In this document: in pieces, positions 23,901-34,400 of the stretch
How the letters are laid out: each line of letters begins with the position of its first letter
Numbering within the stretch: the first letter of the stretch is position 1
NCBI GenBank assembly: GCA_051294375.1
Contig: CM119267.1
Location: 7,323,205-7,387,204, forward strand
DNA from: Paraspadella gotoi
Taxonomy: Eukaryota > Animalia > Chaetognatha
Length of the DNA: 64,000 nucleotides
Reading direction: 5' to 3'
Made by a program: the position numbers and the translations under genes
Notes under the pieces: generated by a model
What the model was told of the DNA's origin: nothing
What the model saw: the letters and a program-made list of their open reading frames with translations, nothing else
The model's database searches: none

Positions 23901-26528
23901 AAAGTTCGGTTCAGGACTCGAGATTTTCGGGGATTCGACGGCGTCGCAAATCCTAGTTAGAATTTCGGCCAACAAATCGCGGCATACTCGAGCCGATTTA
24001 TCGCTGTTGTTGAGTGTAATTAAATCCTTCGGCTTTCCACTATCGTTTTCCTCGATATTCTGAACAAATTGCTCTTGTTGTGCTAGGAAATCTTTTTTAT
24101 TTTCGTCACCCTCTTTATCTACGAGTACTGATAAATCTTCGGCTAACTCACACGACATACCTTTTTCAATCACTGACTTGTCAATCTTTTCCTCTTCAAA
24201 TTTCTTGTTACCTGTAGTAGCTGCTTTTTCTATTCTTTTCGTGTTTTCATTTGTATTCGTCAATAAATTGGTATTCGTTACCTTCTTCTCGACAAACGGA
24301 TCTTCTCTCATCGATTCATTAACACGATCTTCATTTCTCGTCTCCATTTCACCGGGTTTGGACAATCTCCTTTTCTTTCGCTTCTGCGCTTTCTGGATCG
24401 GCGTTATTTTTGACGACATAAGGTTCAAATCAATTAGTTCCGAAGCGACGCCTGGAGTAGGAAGAACCACGTCGATGTTTGGACTCGGTTCTGAATGTGC
24501 GGAAGTGATATCGTCTTTCTGCTTGAGGGGACGTCCGTTTTCAACGTTCCTTTCGTGGTCTTTTCCCTTTGATTTTCTAACATTATCCTCGTTTGCCGAA
24601 AACAAAATCGTCGACTTGAGCGAATCGACGTCGAATCTCACTTCTCCTTTAGATCCACTCGACTGGGGATTTTTCAAGCAGGACTTGATGGAATGTTTAG
24701 GCGTTGTGAAGCTCCCGGAAGCTGAAACAACGACGGGGGCCACAATGAGTGCCTTTGAAACGATAATCGCAGGATTGTGTGAAGAGACATCGCGGGGACT
24801 CGCGACGGACGGTTCAACAATTCGACTTGCAATGCCGTTTGTCTCCAGAGGCGTCTCGAGAATATAAGGTTGCGTTTCCACTTCCGGTTCTTCGTAGCGA
24901 GAAGCGATGATTTTCTCTTCGGCGTCGGATTCCCATCGCTTCGTAGTCGACCTCGTACTCCTCGGAGTTCTCGTCTCGACTCCGAAATCCCTAGCCAGAC
25001 TTTTCTTTTTCTGCCCAACGACGTCACGCAGAGGAATGGAATCGCACGGCGCCACGACGGGTTCGTAGACGACGTCCAAAGCATCGACGCTCGGGACGGA
25101 ATTTATGGAAGCTGAATCGCTTTCTCGATCCTCGGGTCTGAGACCAGAGTAGCGTCTCCAAGGACTCGTTGTCGGCTGCGGCACCCTCCGGCGATCCCCA
25201 GATTTGGGCGCGGATATGTCGTCTATCGTGGGAAGCGACGTGAGCGGGGTTTTAGGGAAGGAAAGGTGATCGATGACAGGAACTGAGGTGGACACGATCC
25301 TCGATGAAGGAGCCTCCTCGATAAGAAGCTCGTAATTCTCCGCTTCCTCAACCTCTTTCGTCAATAATTCCAATTCTCTCCGCCTTCTCGCCGCCTGCAC
25401 AGACTCCTTCCCTTGCAGAGTCTTCCCGCGTTGGCGGCGCCCGCAGAGTCTCTCCTTGACTCGTTGCAAAGCCGGCGTCGAGGTCCGTCTTCGATTAGCG
25501 CTACGAGATTCTACCTGGATTTCTTCTTCGGAGGAGGAAGAGGATGAATCAACTTTTCCTCTTTTAAAATGATTTCTCCTGTCCATCGTTAATGTCTCTT
25601 CTTCTTCTATACCGATTCCCTTTTCACTGCCAACTTCATCGCTAAAAACGTCTTCCATCGTCGCTTCTCTCTCTATCATCCTGCTCTTTCTTAGACTCCG
25701 CCGTCGCTTTTCCTCCAACACGGCGTTTTCTATCCGCGCCACGACCGCTCTCAAGCCGCTACCGGCGCCTCGCGTCGTTCGCGCGACTGCGGCTTTTCGC
25801 CGATTCCGGATCCGGCGCTGCTCGATGATGCCGCTTTCAGGCGACGATTGGCTGCCGACGAAGTCGTACTCTTCAATGCGCTGACTGGTGGTCCTTTTGT
25901 TTGTCGCGCGAGTCGATCCTCCGCCGATCGCGTCATCTGGCGGATTAATGTTGTGTCTTTTGTTTGAACTCGTTCGTCCTTTATCACAGCAAAGCCAAGG
26001 GGATTCGGGGGAATCTGCCAGGGATGGAAGAGAAGACCGGAGATTGCGGTGAGGAGGTGAATGGAGGACACGAAAATCGACTACGGGTGAAATACTCGGT
26101 TCCGCGGAATTCGAATTTAGGTCATCTTTATTTGCGCCGACGGCCGCGGCAGCTATGGCCCCGCTGCTGACTCCCGCGTTTAACCCGGGCGAGGTCATGA
26201 CTCCGACTTCGGTGACAAAAGCCTCAGGATAAGCTTCTCGGATAGTTGCTCTCGCCGCGCTTGCCAGTGCAGTCAGCGCCTCGACGACGCTCGCGGTCCG
26301 TCGGGTGGTACGAAGACCCCGACGAGTCATGGGTGTTTTGCAGAGCGGACAACATCCCCCGGCACCACCCTCGCTTTTTAACGCGCGTTCAATGCATTCT
26401 TTGCAGAAGGTGTGACCGCACGCAGTGTCCGTGGGTTGCCGCAAACTGTCGCTGCAGATGACGCAAGCGAGGGCTGCTTGAAGTTCGTCCACTGAGGAAA
26501 GCAAGAGTTTTGGATCGATCTCTGACAT
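20964..26528 (-). CDS. BRCA1-like RING-finger protein (~1854 aa, single exon, no BRCT domains visible)
   Basis: N-terminal C3HC4 RING flanked by helices (LLSSVDELQAALACVIC...CGHTFCKECI...CPLCK). Long disordered SQ/TQ-containing region and a short coiled coil LREVQKEMEEIRRKL. Confidence 0.65.
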   Translation of the reverse strand: MSEIDPKLLLSSVDELQAALACVICSDSLRQPTDTACGHTFCKECIERALKSEGGAGGCCPLCKTPMTRRGLRTTRRTASVVEALTALASAARATIREAYPEAFVTEVGVMTSPGLNAGVSSGAIAAAAVGANKDDLNSNSAEPSISPVVDFRVLHSPPHRNLRSSLPSLADSPESPWLCCDKGRTSSNKRHNINPPDDAIGGGSTRATNKRTTSQRIEEYDFVGSQSSPESGIIEQRRIRNRRKAAVARTTRGAGSGLRAVVARIENAVLEEKRRRSLRKSRMIEREATMEDVFSDEVGSEKGIGIEEEETLTMDRRNHFKRGKVDSSSSSSEEEIQVESRSANRRRTSTPALQRVKERLCGRRQRGKTLQGKESVQAARRRRELELLTKEVEEAENYELLIEEAPSSRIVSTSVPVIDHLSFPKTPLTSLPTIDDISAPKSGDRRRVPQPTTSPWRRYSGLRPEDRESDSASINSVPSVDALDVVYEPVVAPCDSIPLRDVVGQKKKSLARDFGVETRTPRSTRSTTKRWESDAEEKIIASRYEEPEVETQPYILETPLETNGIASRIVEPSVASPRDVSSHNPAIIVSKALIVAPVVVSASGSFTTPKHSIKSCLKNPQSSGSKGEVRFDVDSLKSTILFSANEDNVRKSKGKDHERNVENGRPLKQKDDITSAHSEPSPNIDVVLPTPGVASELIDLNLMSSKITPIQKAQKRKKRRLSKPGEMETRNEDRVNESMREDPFVEKKVTNTNLLTNTNENTKRIEKAATTGNKKFEEEKIDKSVIEKGMSCELAEDLSVLVDKEGDENKKDFLAQQEQFVQNIEENDSGKPKDLITLNNSDKSARVCRDLLAEILTRICDAVESPKISSPEPNFTPLSSQHLEAVENALYEPETMDILTNLSFTPSTRRCFALDVPSLSTPSNSSVHKNGSQDSTRASSGATKDNDSPLGSKEREAAKTAFKVDDFSDEDPFESAKVSSTRESEPKSSKTETMNLMEEWFENSFTASDGRSDLGEKQAKCEGESIAENDLKSIGTFEDEENEVDDKNKEASLIGENSRSERRMNLINNDEFSQMADLDNVLFGENSFPVGKPNILDGKSTTVPFSREMGNNSGKVAKLSEKIDDVERLIQDGEFDQSFSDDGQDKFELCSNATVEVQNEEKVKNSNLARTKENTDLYELCSSSSFEAFATSYDEGRTELMSVQRKKIGVKRNAKNTAAIRVPVLNPNDNLRISDFSIDSDCGKCTQDLTNSQRERRLVKNIQKDMELQYQYEKNFKRIKRENLYCHVEENNEIENFELCSRKTDADHPVGKTSDHHIELNSSSFDDMKEKRRPISQRHSFIDLCSSSSNFDEGKSYLNKSHKSAEKSFPSQRAKPVFQVLLKDAETDSPLPSPEKYDEIDDGSPSFENFLQRYKATPSEMELVNPFSLCSQITDGRHSQVSSAKGKLVNQFGLCSQLTEGSSVQNISKKEKDSREKGSAVFTECEKSLPLISKKVNNCDEILPHVADDNMNDLEPGLEPPPLNSPSARFFDSKTPDAALPESIEKQQHPQQLEAIRIDDFDDLSDDSMDYNSDKLREVQKEMEEIRRKLATHGSSNREDDSFVSDGKTPTKNKPASAFLTPESKKRSKSGSSTPRTPRTLRHGVDLATGLSPSPPKPLSTRELEEWKERSAREDPSYSESVERCRSFLNRVDCIKKNLLGSASETTIRPSTDSPVAENPPSFSLSPVTPRRGPDDSLVVPETPKSSDAPSNERKLTGDPLRALDNVAHTPRRLSRQNRRSPRARKSLNLESYADAFKADSESLVIEDDSDDFTRNAKEDGQESDADDVVMSSQKEASTTTSTKKIKKAITFR

Positions 26529-26711
26529 GTCTGATGGCTTAATGCGGATCGAATTATGAACTAAGTACGTAGGTAAGTAGTTACCAGAAGAAACATAGTT
26601 CCTTTGATTGAGGTGGGCTTTCTGAAACAATAACAATACTGTACCAAAATGACACGAGCTCACACACAAAAAATACTAATTTGATTTAAATAAAAAAAAA
26701 TAAGGCAGTCA

Positions 26712-28115
26712 TCATCTGAGTACAGCCATCGAGTTGACGATGTTCTTGAGCGCCGTTCGCGACTCTCCCGCAGGAAATCTATCGAGTCTCTCCAAAGCCT
26801 CCTCCAAGTATCTCGCGCACATCTCCTTGGCCATTTCCACACCGGGTCCGCGATTCACCGCTTCGACGAAACCTTCCACGGATCCTAAAACTATGCCGCC
26901 GCCGCCCGATCGCCGCGCCAAACCCTCGACTCCTTCCGCCTCGGCGTGTAGCACGGCCGGCGCGGAGAGAATCCTGAGAGCGGCGCCGTCTTCCTTACGC
27001 GGCGCTGAGGTTTTGGACTGGCGCGTGAATTGTTCCACGTCGGCTTTGACCTGCTGGGCGTAGACGAAGTTGACGGCGAATTCGCGGGCGTCGGTCTGGA
27101 CCTGAGCGTCGTGGCCAACAACGACTAGCGCCGCTTCACAGGCTTTGGCTAAGAGACTGGCGACGCCGAGGAAAGTCTTTTTCTCCCAGTTGTGCCGAGT
27201 AAGGTTGACGGCGTCATAGCCTTCTGCCGACGCCGCGTCATCAGAGACGACGATACGCAGCGACGCCGCGCGGATTTGATTTTCTCCAGACGCAGATCGC
27301 GAGGCGCCCCAGTCTCTCTCGGTGCCGTCGAGGATGAATCGCGCCTCCATGAGGTTGCCAATGGCGTCGGCGACGAGTTCGACGACGCGCGTGGACCCGA
27401 GACGCGCCAATCCAGTGCAGGCGTTGGCAAGGAGGTAGTCGCCTGCGAGAACGGCCATCCGGTTGGCGAAGGCGATGTCGGTGGCCATCGACTCTTGAAG
27501 CTCGGTCAGGTCGCGGTGGTCGAGGAGGCCGCAGTGAATGAGATCTGCCATGTAGATTGCCTCTACTAACTCGGCGATAGTCCGTTGAGAAGCGTGTATG
27601 CCGCTCACCGACGCCCCGGCGGTTGCCGCCAACGCCGCTTCCGACATTTCGGCGACGTCCTCCCGACGAGGCGTCCCGATCGTCTTAGCGAGGAGAAGAA
27701 CGATGAGGCCGCGCATCTGGACACTGCGCTTCTCGTCGTAGAGCAGCGCCTTGGCTGTTCCCAGCAGTGGATGTTTGGTGCCGACGAGTTTGCGCAACTG
27801 CATGGCCACGTTGGAGACTTCGTCGCTAAGCAGAAGGCGAAGGGACATGAAAGAGGTAGGGTAACCTACGAGTCGTTCGGCGTCGCTCACCGCCGCGTTC
27901 CACGCCTCGTCGCGTCGCGATGACGCCACGCGCCCCGCCGCGCTGTCAACCGAAAATGGCCAAAAGGGGACGAAGCCACGAGTCTGACGCCGGGCCGCGG
28001 GAGGAAGAGCGAGGCGGCGCCGGCGCGGGTAGAGCGTCACGTAGGAGCGGTCGCAGGGAAGCGGACGGAGGGAGAGAACGCCGAAGCGAACAAATCTAAA
28101 CACGACGCCATTCAT
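26712..28115 (-). CDS. PDSS2: Decaprenyl-diphosphate synthase subunit 2, intronless
   Basis: WNAAVSDAERLVGYPTSFMSLR..LSDEVSNVAMQLRKLVGTKHPLL, NRMAVLAGDYLLANAC. Confidence 0.95.
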   Translation of the reverse strand: MNGVVFRFVRFGVLSLRPLPCDRSYVTLYPRRRRLALPPAARRQTRGFVPFWPFSVDSAAGRVASSRRDEAWNAAVSDAERLVGYPTSFMSLRLLLSDEVSNVAMQLRKLVGTKHPLLGTAKALLYDEKRSVQMRGLIVLLLAKTIGTPRREDVAEMSEAALAATAGASVSGIHASQRTIAELVEAIYMADLIHCGLLDHRDLTELQESMATDIAFANRMAVLAGDYLLANACTGLARLGSTRVVELVADAIGNLMEARFILDGTERDWGASRSASGENQIRAASLRIVVSDDAASAEGYDAVNLTRHNWEKKTFLGVASLLAKACEAALVVVGHDAQVQTDAREFAVNFVYAQQVKADVEQFTRQSKTSAPRKEDGAALRILSAPAVLHAEAEGVEGLARRSGGGGIVLGSVEGFVEAVNRGPGVEMAKEMCARYLEEALERLDRFPAGESRTALKNIVNSMAVLR

Positions 28116-28331
28116 GACCGCCGAATCTAACTACAAATTGATTTTCCTATTTGAAAAAAAAAAAACAATGACAAAACGTTTTAAACAAAAAATACGAAGT
28201 AAAAAAACCGATTTGATCAGGTAATTATTACACGAAATTAAAAAGCGCTGAAAATATATAAGGTCAGGTAAACTGACATACCTGAGATATGGAAGTTGAT
28301 TAAACTTGGCCCAAAAAGTATCCATAATCTC

Positions 28332-29076
28332 AACAAGTTTGAGCAAACAATGTCGGATCTGCCCACGATCATTATGGGTAATTAATTAATTAATAATTAA
28401 TTAATATTAATTAATAATCAATTCAAGTTAAGTAATTATTTAATTAATTAATAATTAATTAATTAATAATTAATTAATTTGATCAGAAATGTTTGTTTTT
28501 GACTGAATGACTGATTAATTAATTAACTGATTAATTATTTGATTAATTAATACATCTTGAATTTACATTTAAAATAAAAAGAAAAAGAAGCATAATCAAT
28601 TAGTGAAAAAGGTTCTTTGTTTTTTCCATTTAAACTCATTTCCACTCAAACGATTTCATCAAAACTTGATTTTCAGTTTAATCACACACTTTTCTACCCA
28701 AATACAAAATTTCAAGTCAATCGCCCCATCCACTCATGAGTAATTAGTGTTCAAATAGTGAAATAAATTTTTTTCTTTTTTCCATTTAAACTCATTTCCA
28801 CTCAAACGATTCCATCGAAACTTCATATCTAGCTCAATCATACACTTTCCTACCCACACAATCCATCCATCCAATCTCGAGTAATTGGTGTTTTTTGCTA
28901 AGGTGGGACGGACGGACGGATGGAGGGACGGACATCGTTTTTTTTACATAATTTAACATAATTCGATGTTCTGACATGATATAAGTAAGTGCCCGACAAT
29001 ATTGAGGGGGCGGACCGACGGACCGACAAAGTAAATTATAGAGTCGGGATCTGCTAAAAGCAGATCCGACTAAAAA
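28332..29076. mobile_element. DINE-1/HINE-like non-autonomous Helentron, family A, short copy
   Basis: Starts AACAAG with subterminal GTCGGATCTGC. Contains (TTAA)n and GGAC microsatellites. Ends in the palindrome AGTCGGGATCTGCT-AAA-AGCAGATCCGACT plus AAAAA. Same ends at 39911-42454. Confidence 0.75.
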
Positions 29077-29843
29077 CTGGTTAAAATAAATTGCAAAGAC
29101 TTTAGTAAAGAATGTTACAATCTAGCTGCGTACAATAAATTCTAACTTGAAAATTAACTAAAAATTTATTTAATACTATAAACATCTAAAATTGATTATG
29201 GCACGAGAAAGATACTGGCTTTTTCCGTGTCTACATTCGATAAACTTTCAACATTTTTTAAACTTATAATGTCAAAATTTAATATGGATTTTATTTTAGA
29301 AATATTCATAATTCAGATCAAAACTTTGGAAAGTTTTTTTAGGTTTCAGACAAAATATTTATGAAAATTACCCAGATCTAGGCCAAACTGCATATAAATC
29401 TTCAAATATCAATTTATTCGTTCAATTTTTTTTATTGCAATAAAAGCTTTAAAATAGTCCAAAAAACTCCGAGGTGGACTAAAAGAGTAGCTGGATGGAA
29501 GATGACTGTTGTAAGTGTATAAATTAATTTTAAATGTAACAGATAATGGCCAGACCACATTTGGCACAGTGAAATTTTTTCGATTTATACTTTTATAGAG
29601 TATTCTTAAGGGATAGAAACATCTAATAAAAACTTATTGGCTATTATAATCTCTAATGATAGCTGGTATTAAAAGTAAACAAAAGATATTTCGCATGATA
29701 ATTTCTAGGTGAGAGAGTAACAACTATCTAACATGAACAAAGAACATGGAACTCATGCTGAAATAATAATAAGATTAAGTAAATTATTTAATCCAAAGTA
29801 AAACATTTATTAAACTTAATATAAATTATAATTATAAAATCTT

Positions 29844-31112
29844 AAAGTATAGTGATCTCGCCAGACGTTACTATCAAAAAAAATTAATGAAAAAATTTGT
29901 AAAAAAACAAATGATTGATGCGATAATGAATTATTGATGTAATCGTAATTAATTGATATAATAATAATTGATTGATGTAATAATAATTGATTATTGATTC
30001 CAGAGGAGGATTTGGCCTGCCGTCCAATTCTCCTCTTCCTCTTCTTCTTCTTTCCTCCTCCTGCCCCTCAGTATATTTTGTCTAGCGATAGATTCTCTCG
30101 TTTCTACTCTTCGCGAAATATACCATTATTTTTCCCTCTATTACTTCACGCCTTCAATACCCCTCAAGGATTCGATAATAACCAAATATTGATGCAATGA
30201 TAACCAAATGATTGATACGATGATAAGCAAATATTGATGCGATAAGCAAATTTTGATATGATGATAACCAAATGATGAAAGCGATAATAGTCATTCATTG
30301 ATACGATGATATTCATTCATTAACGTGATGATATTTATTCATTGATCCGTTGATAATCATTTATTAACGCGATGATAATTAAACATTAATGCGATGATAA
30401 TCATTAACGGGATGAGTCATTCATCATAAAGCAAACAAATGCGAGTGAAAGAGAGAGAGAGAGAGAAAAAGATAAAAAAAGTTGGACAGCCGCTAAACAG
30501 CCGCTGCAGAGCGAACTCGTTTTTAGACGAATCAGAAGAAGCTGCAACGAGAAAAAAAGAGCGACATATAATTAAGAGAGAAAAAAAGAGAGAGAAAGAG
30601 AAACTGGACAGCCGCTGTAACAGATTAATTTGTGGATTATTTCAAATGAGATTGAGTTCTTCAATCTCATTTGCATATTGTTGTATTCTGATTAAGCTTT
30701 GATAAATTTTTATTCTAGAGCCCTAAAGGTTTAACATTAATATTTTACATTGCTAAATGATCATATTTATTTGTAGTTCAATTTATAGCTAAATAATTAA
30801 TAATTTAATTATCATAATTGCTAGTTTACAACTTTAATTATTCTTATACAGCCGTTGCAGAGCTGAACTCATCTATATATATAAAAATTATTTTGTAAAT
30901 AAAACAAACAAATGATTGGAGGAATATGAAACATAACAATTTAAAAGACCTCAATGATGAGAAGCCATATCAAAATTTCCAGCTTCCTATGGTTACACAC
31001 TTGAGCTATTTTTAATATTAAAACAGCGTGACGACGACGACAACGGTCAAAAGAAGCAGAAACAAATTAACATCTCGCCCAAGTTGGGCATTCGCCCGTT
31101 TGGCGAGATAAT
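29844..31112. mobile_element. HINE-like non-autonomous element, family B, copy 1
   Basis: 5' AAAGTATAGTGATCTCGCCAGA and 3' GCCCGTTTGGCGAGATA (inverted match to the 5' motif). Internal TGATGCGAT-type repeats. Homologous to 43949-44640. Confidence 0.7.
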
Positions 31113-31457
31113 AAAAATAAATCGCCCAAGCTTTCATCGAATTTTTGTGCCAAGATTAGCATCGGATTTTGATTTGCGTAGCGTTTTGCCTTATTTAAGA
31201 GAAAGTTTAATTTGATCTTTGTTCCTCAATACCGCGCCACTTTTAAAAAAAGTAAGTCTACGTAATAGCTGTCTCGTTAGTAATACTGAAATAGATCAAA
31301 ATTTAGATTCCACCAAATGGTTACCCACGCCATCAGGAACATTTTTCAAACGTTCAAAGCAAAAATGAGCGAAAAAAAAAACGATCACAGTTGGAATGGT
31401 TAACCGCGCGCGGACTGGAGAGACGAGAGTGAAAGCCATTTCGAGCCGTGGAGAGAT

Positions 31458-34400
31458 TCAACGCGATTCCGCGGACCCTGACGATTTATCAGTTCCATCG
31501 GGAGAACCGGGGGGAGAGTACTTCCGAGCGGATATTTTTCTCGGCGGAACAAGGGGAAAATCTATACGAGAAACCCGTTTGGAAACGAGAGAACAGAGTC
31601 CGTCGCAATCGCCATCATCGTTGTCGCCTGCAATTGTGCTTATCGATGGATAAAAAGAGACAAAATGAAAATCCCTCAGGATTTCATCACCATCTTTGGA
31701 GGGCGCGTTCTCGGATTTTTTCCCTGATAATAGAGTCTTTATGATCGTTTTCGTAGTGTTTACGTCGTCGCAATCCAACGGCAAGAGGTGCATCAGGCTT
31801 GGGTAAAAACGTCGGGCCACACTTTGTAAGTGGGGATGCGACACGAGCTGGGCGATCGGAATCTGGGAACGTTTGCTTTTTTTATATACGGACTCCAGAA
31901 CTTGATCGAATTCCGTTTCGAATTCCTACGATAAAATTAAATAAGTTATAAATACAATACAAACCATAAATACAATAGAATACATAAATTAATACAACGA
32001 TTAAAATCCCACAAACGTCGACCTGACTGGCGAGGGATATGGCGTAATGGCCAGAGGCTTCGTGCTTGCTCACGTGCAGCCTCGGATCCGTCATGGCTAA
32101 GTGAAAGAGTTGCTGAACATTAAGTTTGACGTAAGGAATCATGTCATCTATCCAGGCGCGAACGCGTATCCCGCGGAAAAACTGGAGCATATAGAAGATG
32201 GCGTATTCTTCATAATCGTCATCACCTAGCGCCGCGGTGCGGCCACAGGTCGTCAAAGACCAAAGCGCGTTCTCCTCTTCAAAAAAGGGGGACTTCTCGA
32301 GGAAAGTCCGCAAGTCCTGCGACGTCCACGACATCATCGCCATGAGCTTTTGGACGTGAGGATCGCGAAGAATTTCTTCGAACGATGGAGGAACGTCGAA
32401 TGGGCGAGCAGAATATACGTCTTGGAAGTGGTTCGGCCTATATTTGTCGGTCAGGCGACTTATAAGGCGCCGTAACAATTTTTTTTTCAGATATTTGAGG
32501 TCGGGCAAGTGCAGAGGCGCTGGGGTGGTAAAGGTTTCTACAAATGTTCCGTCTACGGCGGACGAAAGGCCATTAGAATACACCTGAGAGTTATAAAACG
32601 CGGTGAGTGGGGAATGGTTTTTGATCGAGATATTTACTAACTCACTTTGGACTTCATGTTTTTATTTTTCGAAGGCTTTTTGATCAACGTTGGCGCTGAA
32701 AATGAAAATGACTTTTCAATTTATTTTTTATTCTTCATCCAATGTGTTGCGCCGCAATGACTTTATTTTCACGTGTATTTTTTGTGACATGACATGACGC
32801 GACATGACATGGCAACATGACTAAAATAACTTTCTTTGCATGTTTATTTATGACACGCACTGCATAGGAATTCCGTCTTTTATTCTTTATAGTTTTAGGA
32901 TTTCCTGAGGGCGGCGCGAGCGGTCCCTTAGATTTGAGGTTTTTTCTGTCCTAACAAATGAGCAACTCTAGGCAAATTATGTACATTATTTACATAAGTG
33001 GGACAGACCGACCAACCGACAAATGACTCTGCGATATCTATTTTTAAGGTGATCACGTTTCTTCACAAGTATGATATATATGCATGTTAAAGGTATTTTG
33101 ATGCCTTACCTTCATACCAAAAATGAACTTACATTAAAAATACTTGGTTGATTCTTTTTATTTAAGTAGGACAAACAGATAGACAGACATCCCTTTTTAT
33201 TATTCTCTTCTCTTTTATTTTTTCCTTTTTTTCCTCTTAGCACGCTCGTTTGATTTTCTTTTTATATTTCATTCCTTTGCAATTCCTTCATTTTCATTCC
33301 TCGTTTTGTTATGAAATGTTAACAAGACAGAAACATCTCTTCTTCACAGACTTACGTCCGCTTTGTGCCAGTATTTTCTGAGCTGTCGTCGACACTTTCC
33401 GACTCTTCGAAGTCACAAGATCCTCAAAGTTTGGAAAGTCTTCCACGAATTCCTTGGCTGGTTTTTTCAACTTCGTCTTCTTTTTCAACTCGAAAGCGAT
33501 TTTCTTCTTCCCTTCTAACTCCGAACAAGGCGGCGGCGCTGGGTTGGGTTTTAGGAAGACGAAATCAAGATATTTCATTTACTAATGACGTTAGATTAGG
33601 AATTACCCGCCCCGAGTTCGTCGTCTTCGTCAAAAGAGACGGAGACGGAGGAAGAAAAAGATGAGGACGAGTCGTTGATCTCTTCGCTCTTTTTGATTCC
33701 TTTGCTCCTTTGACTTTCTTTGCTCGACTTTGGTATCGGTGAGTTTGGGCCGATTTGGCGTGATTTTCGTACTGGGGATTTTTGGCTCAGAGACAAGTTA
33801 TTTAGGGACGACCTCAGGGTGGAGAGAGGATCGACTTTCGATTTCGGCTCGAGAATCCGCAAATCTTCAAAATAAAACGTCAATGGGGGGGGGGAGAAGA
33901 TATAACCAACTTCGAAATTGTTCCGCCAAGCTTTCCTTTCACCTTACCGAATGGCCTAAGAAACTGAAAGCGTTTCCCGCGAGTTCGATTGCCGTTCTCA
34001 GCCTCTAAGTCAACCGTTCCCCGAGTTTTGGCGTAAGGGGATAAGACGCGAATGTCTGGTTGTTTGGTGCCGGCGCCCTTGGCGGCGTTGGAAAGAAGTT
34101 TGGACGGAGGACCCAGGTAGATGTTGTCTTTTAACGGAAAAAGAGTAAGAAAATTAAACAATTATCAAATTTTACAGAAAAGGAGAATAAACGCGGATGA
34201 GAGGTTAATTTAAATTGTCAAAATTTTCTTGGACAAATCAACACCTACCGGTAATCATCGTGGTGGGAGGCTGATTCTGAGATGGTCCGTGAGTCAATAG
34301 AGATTCCAGCACGTCGCTCAACAAAGAAGAAACGTCTCCCCTAAAGAATGAAGGGAACGACAAAAGCGTTTAAAAACAAAAACGTGAAAAGCGACAGTAC

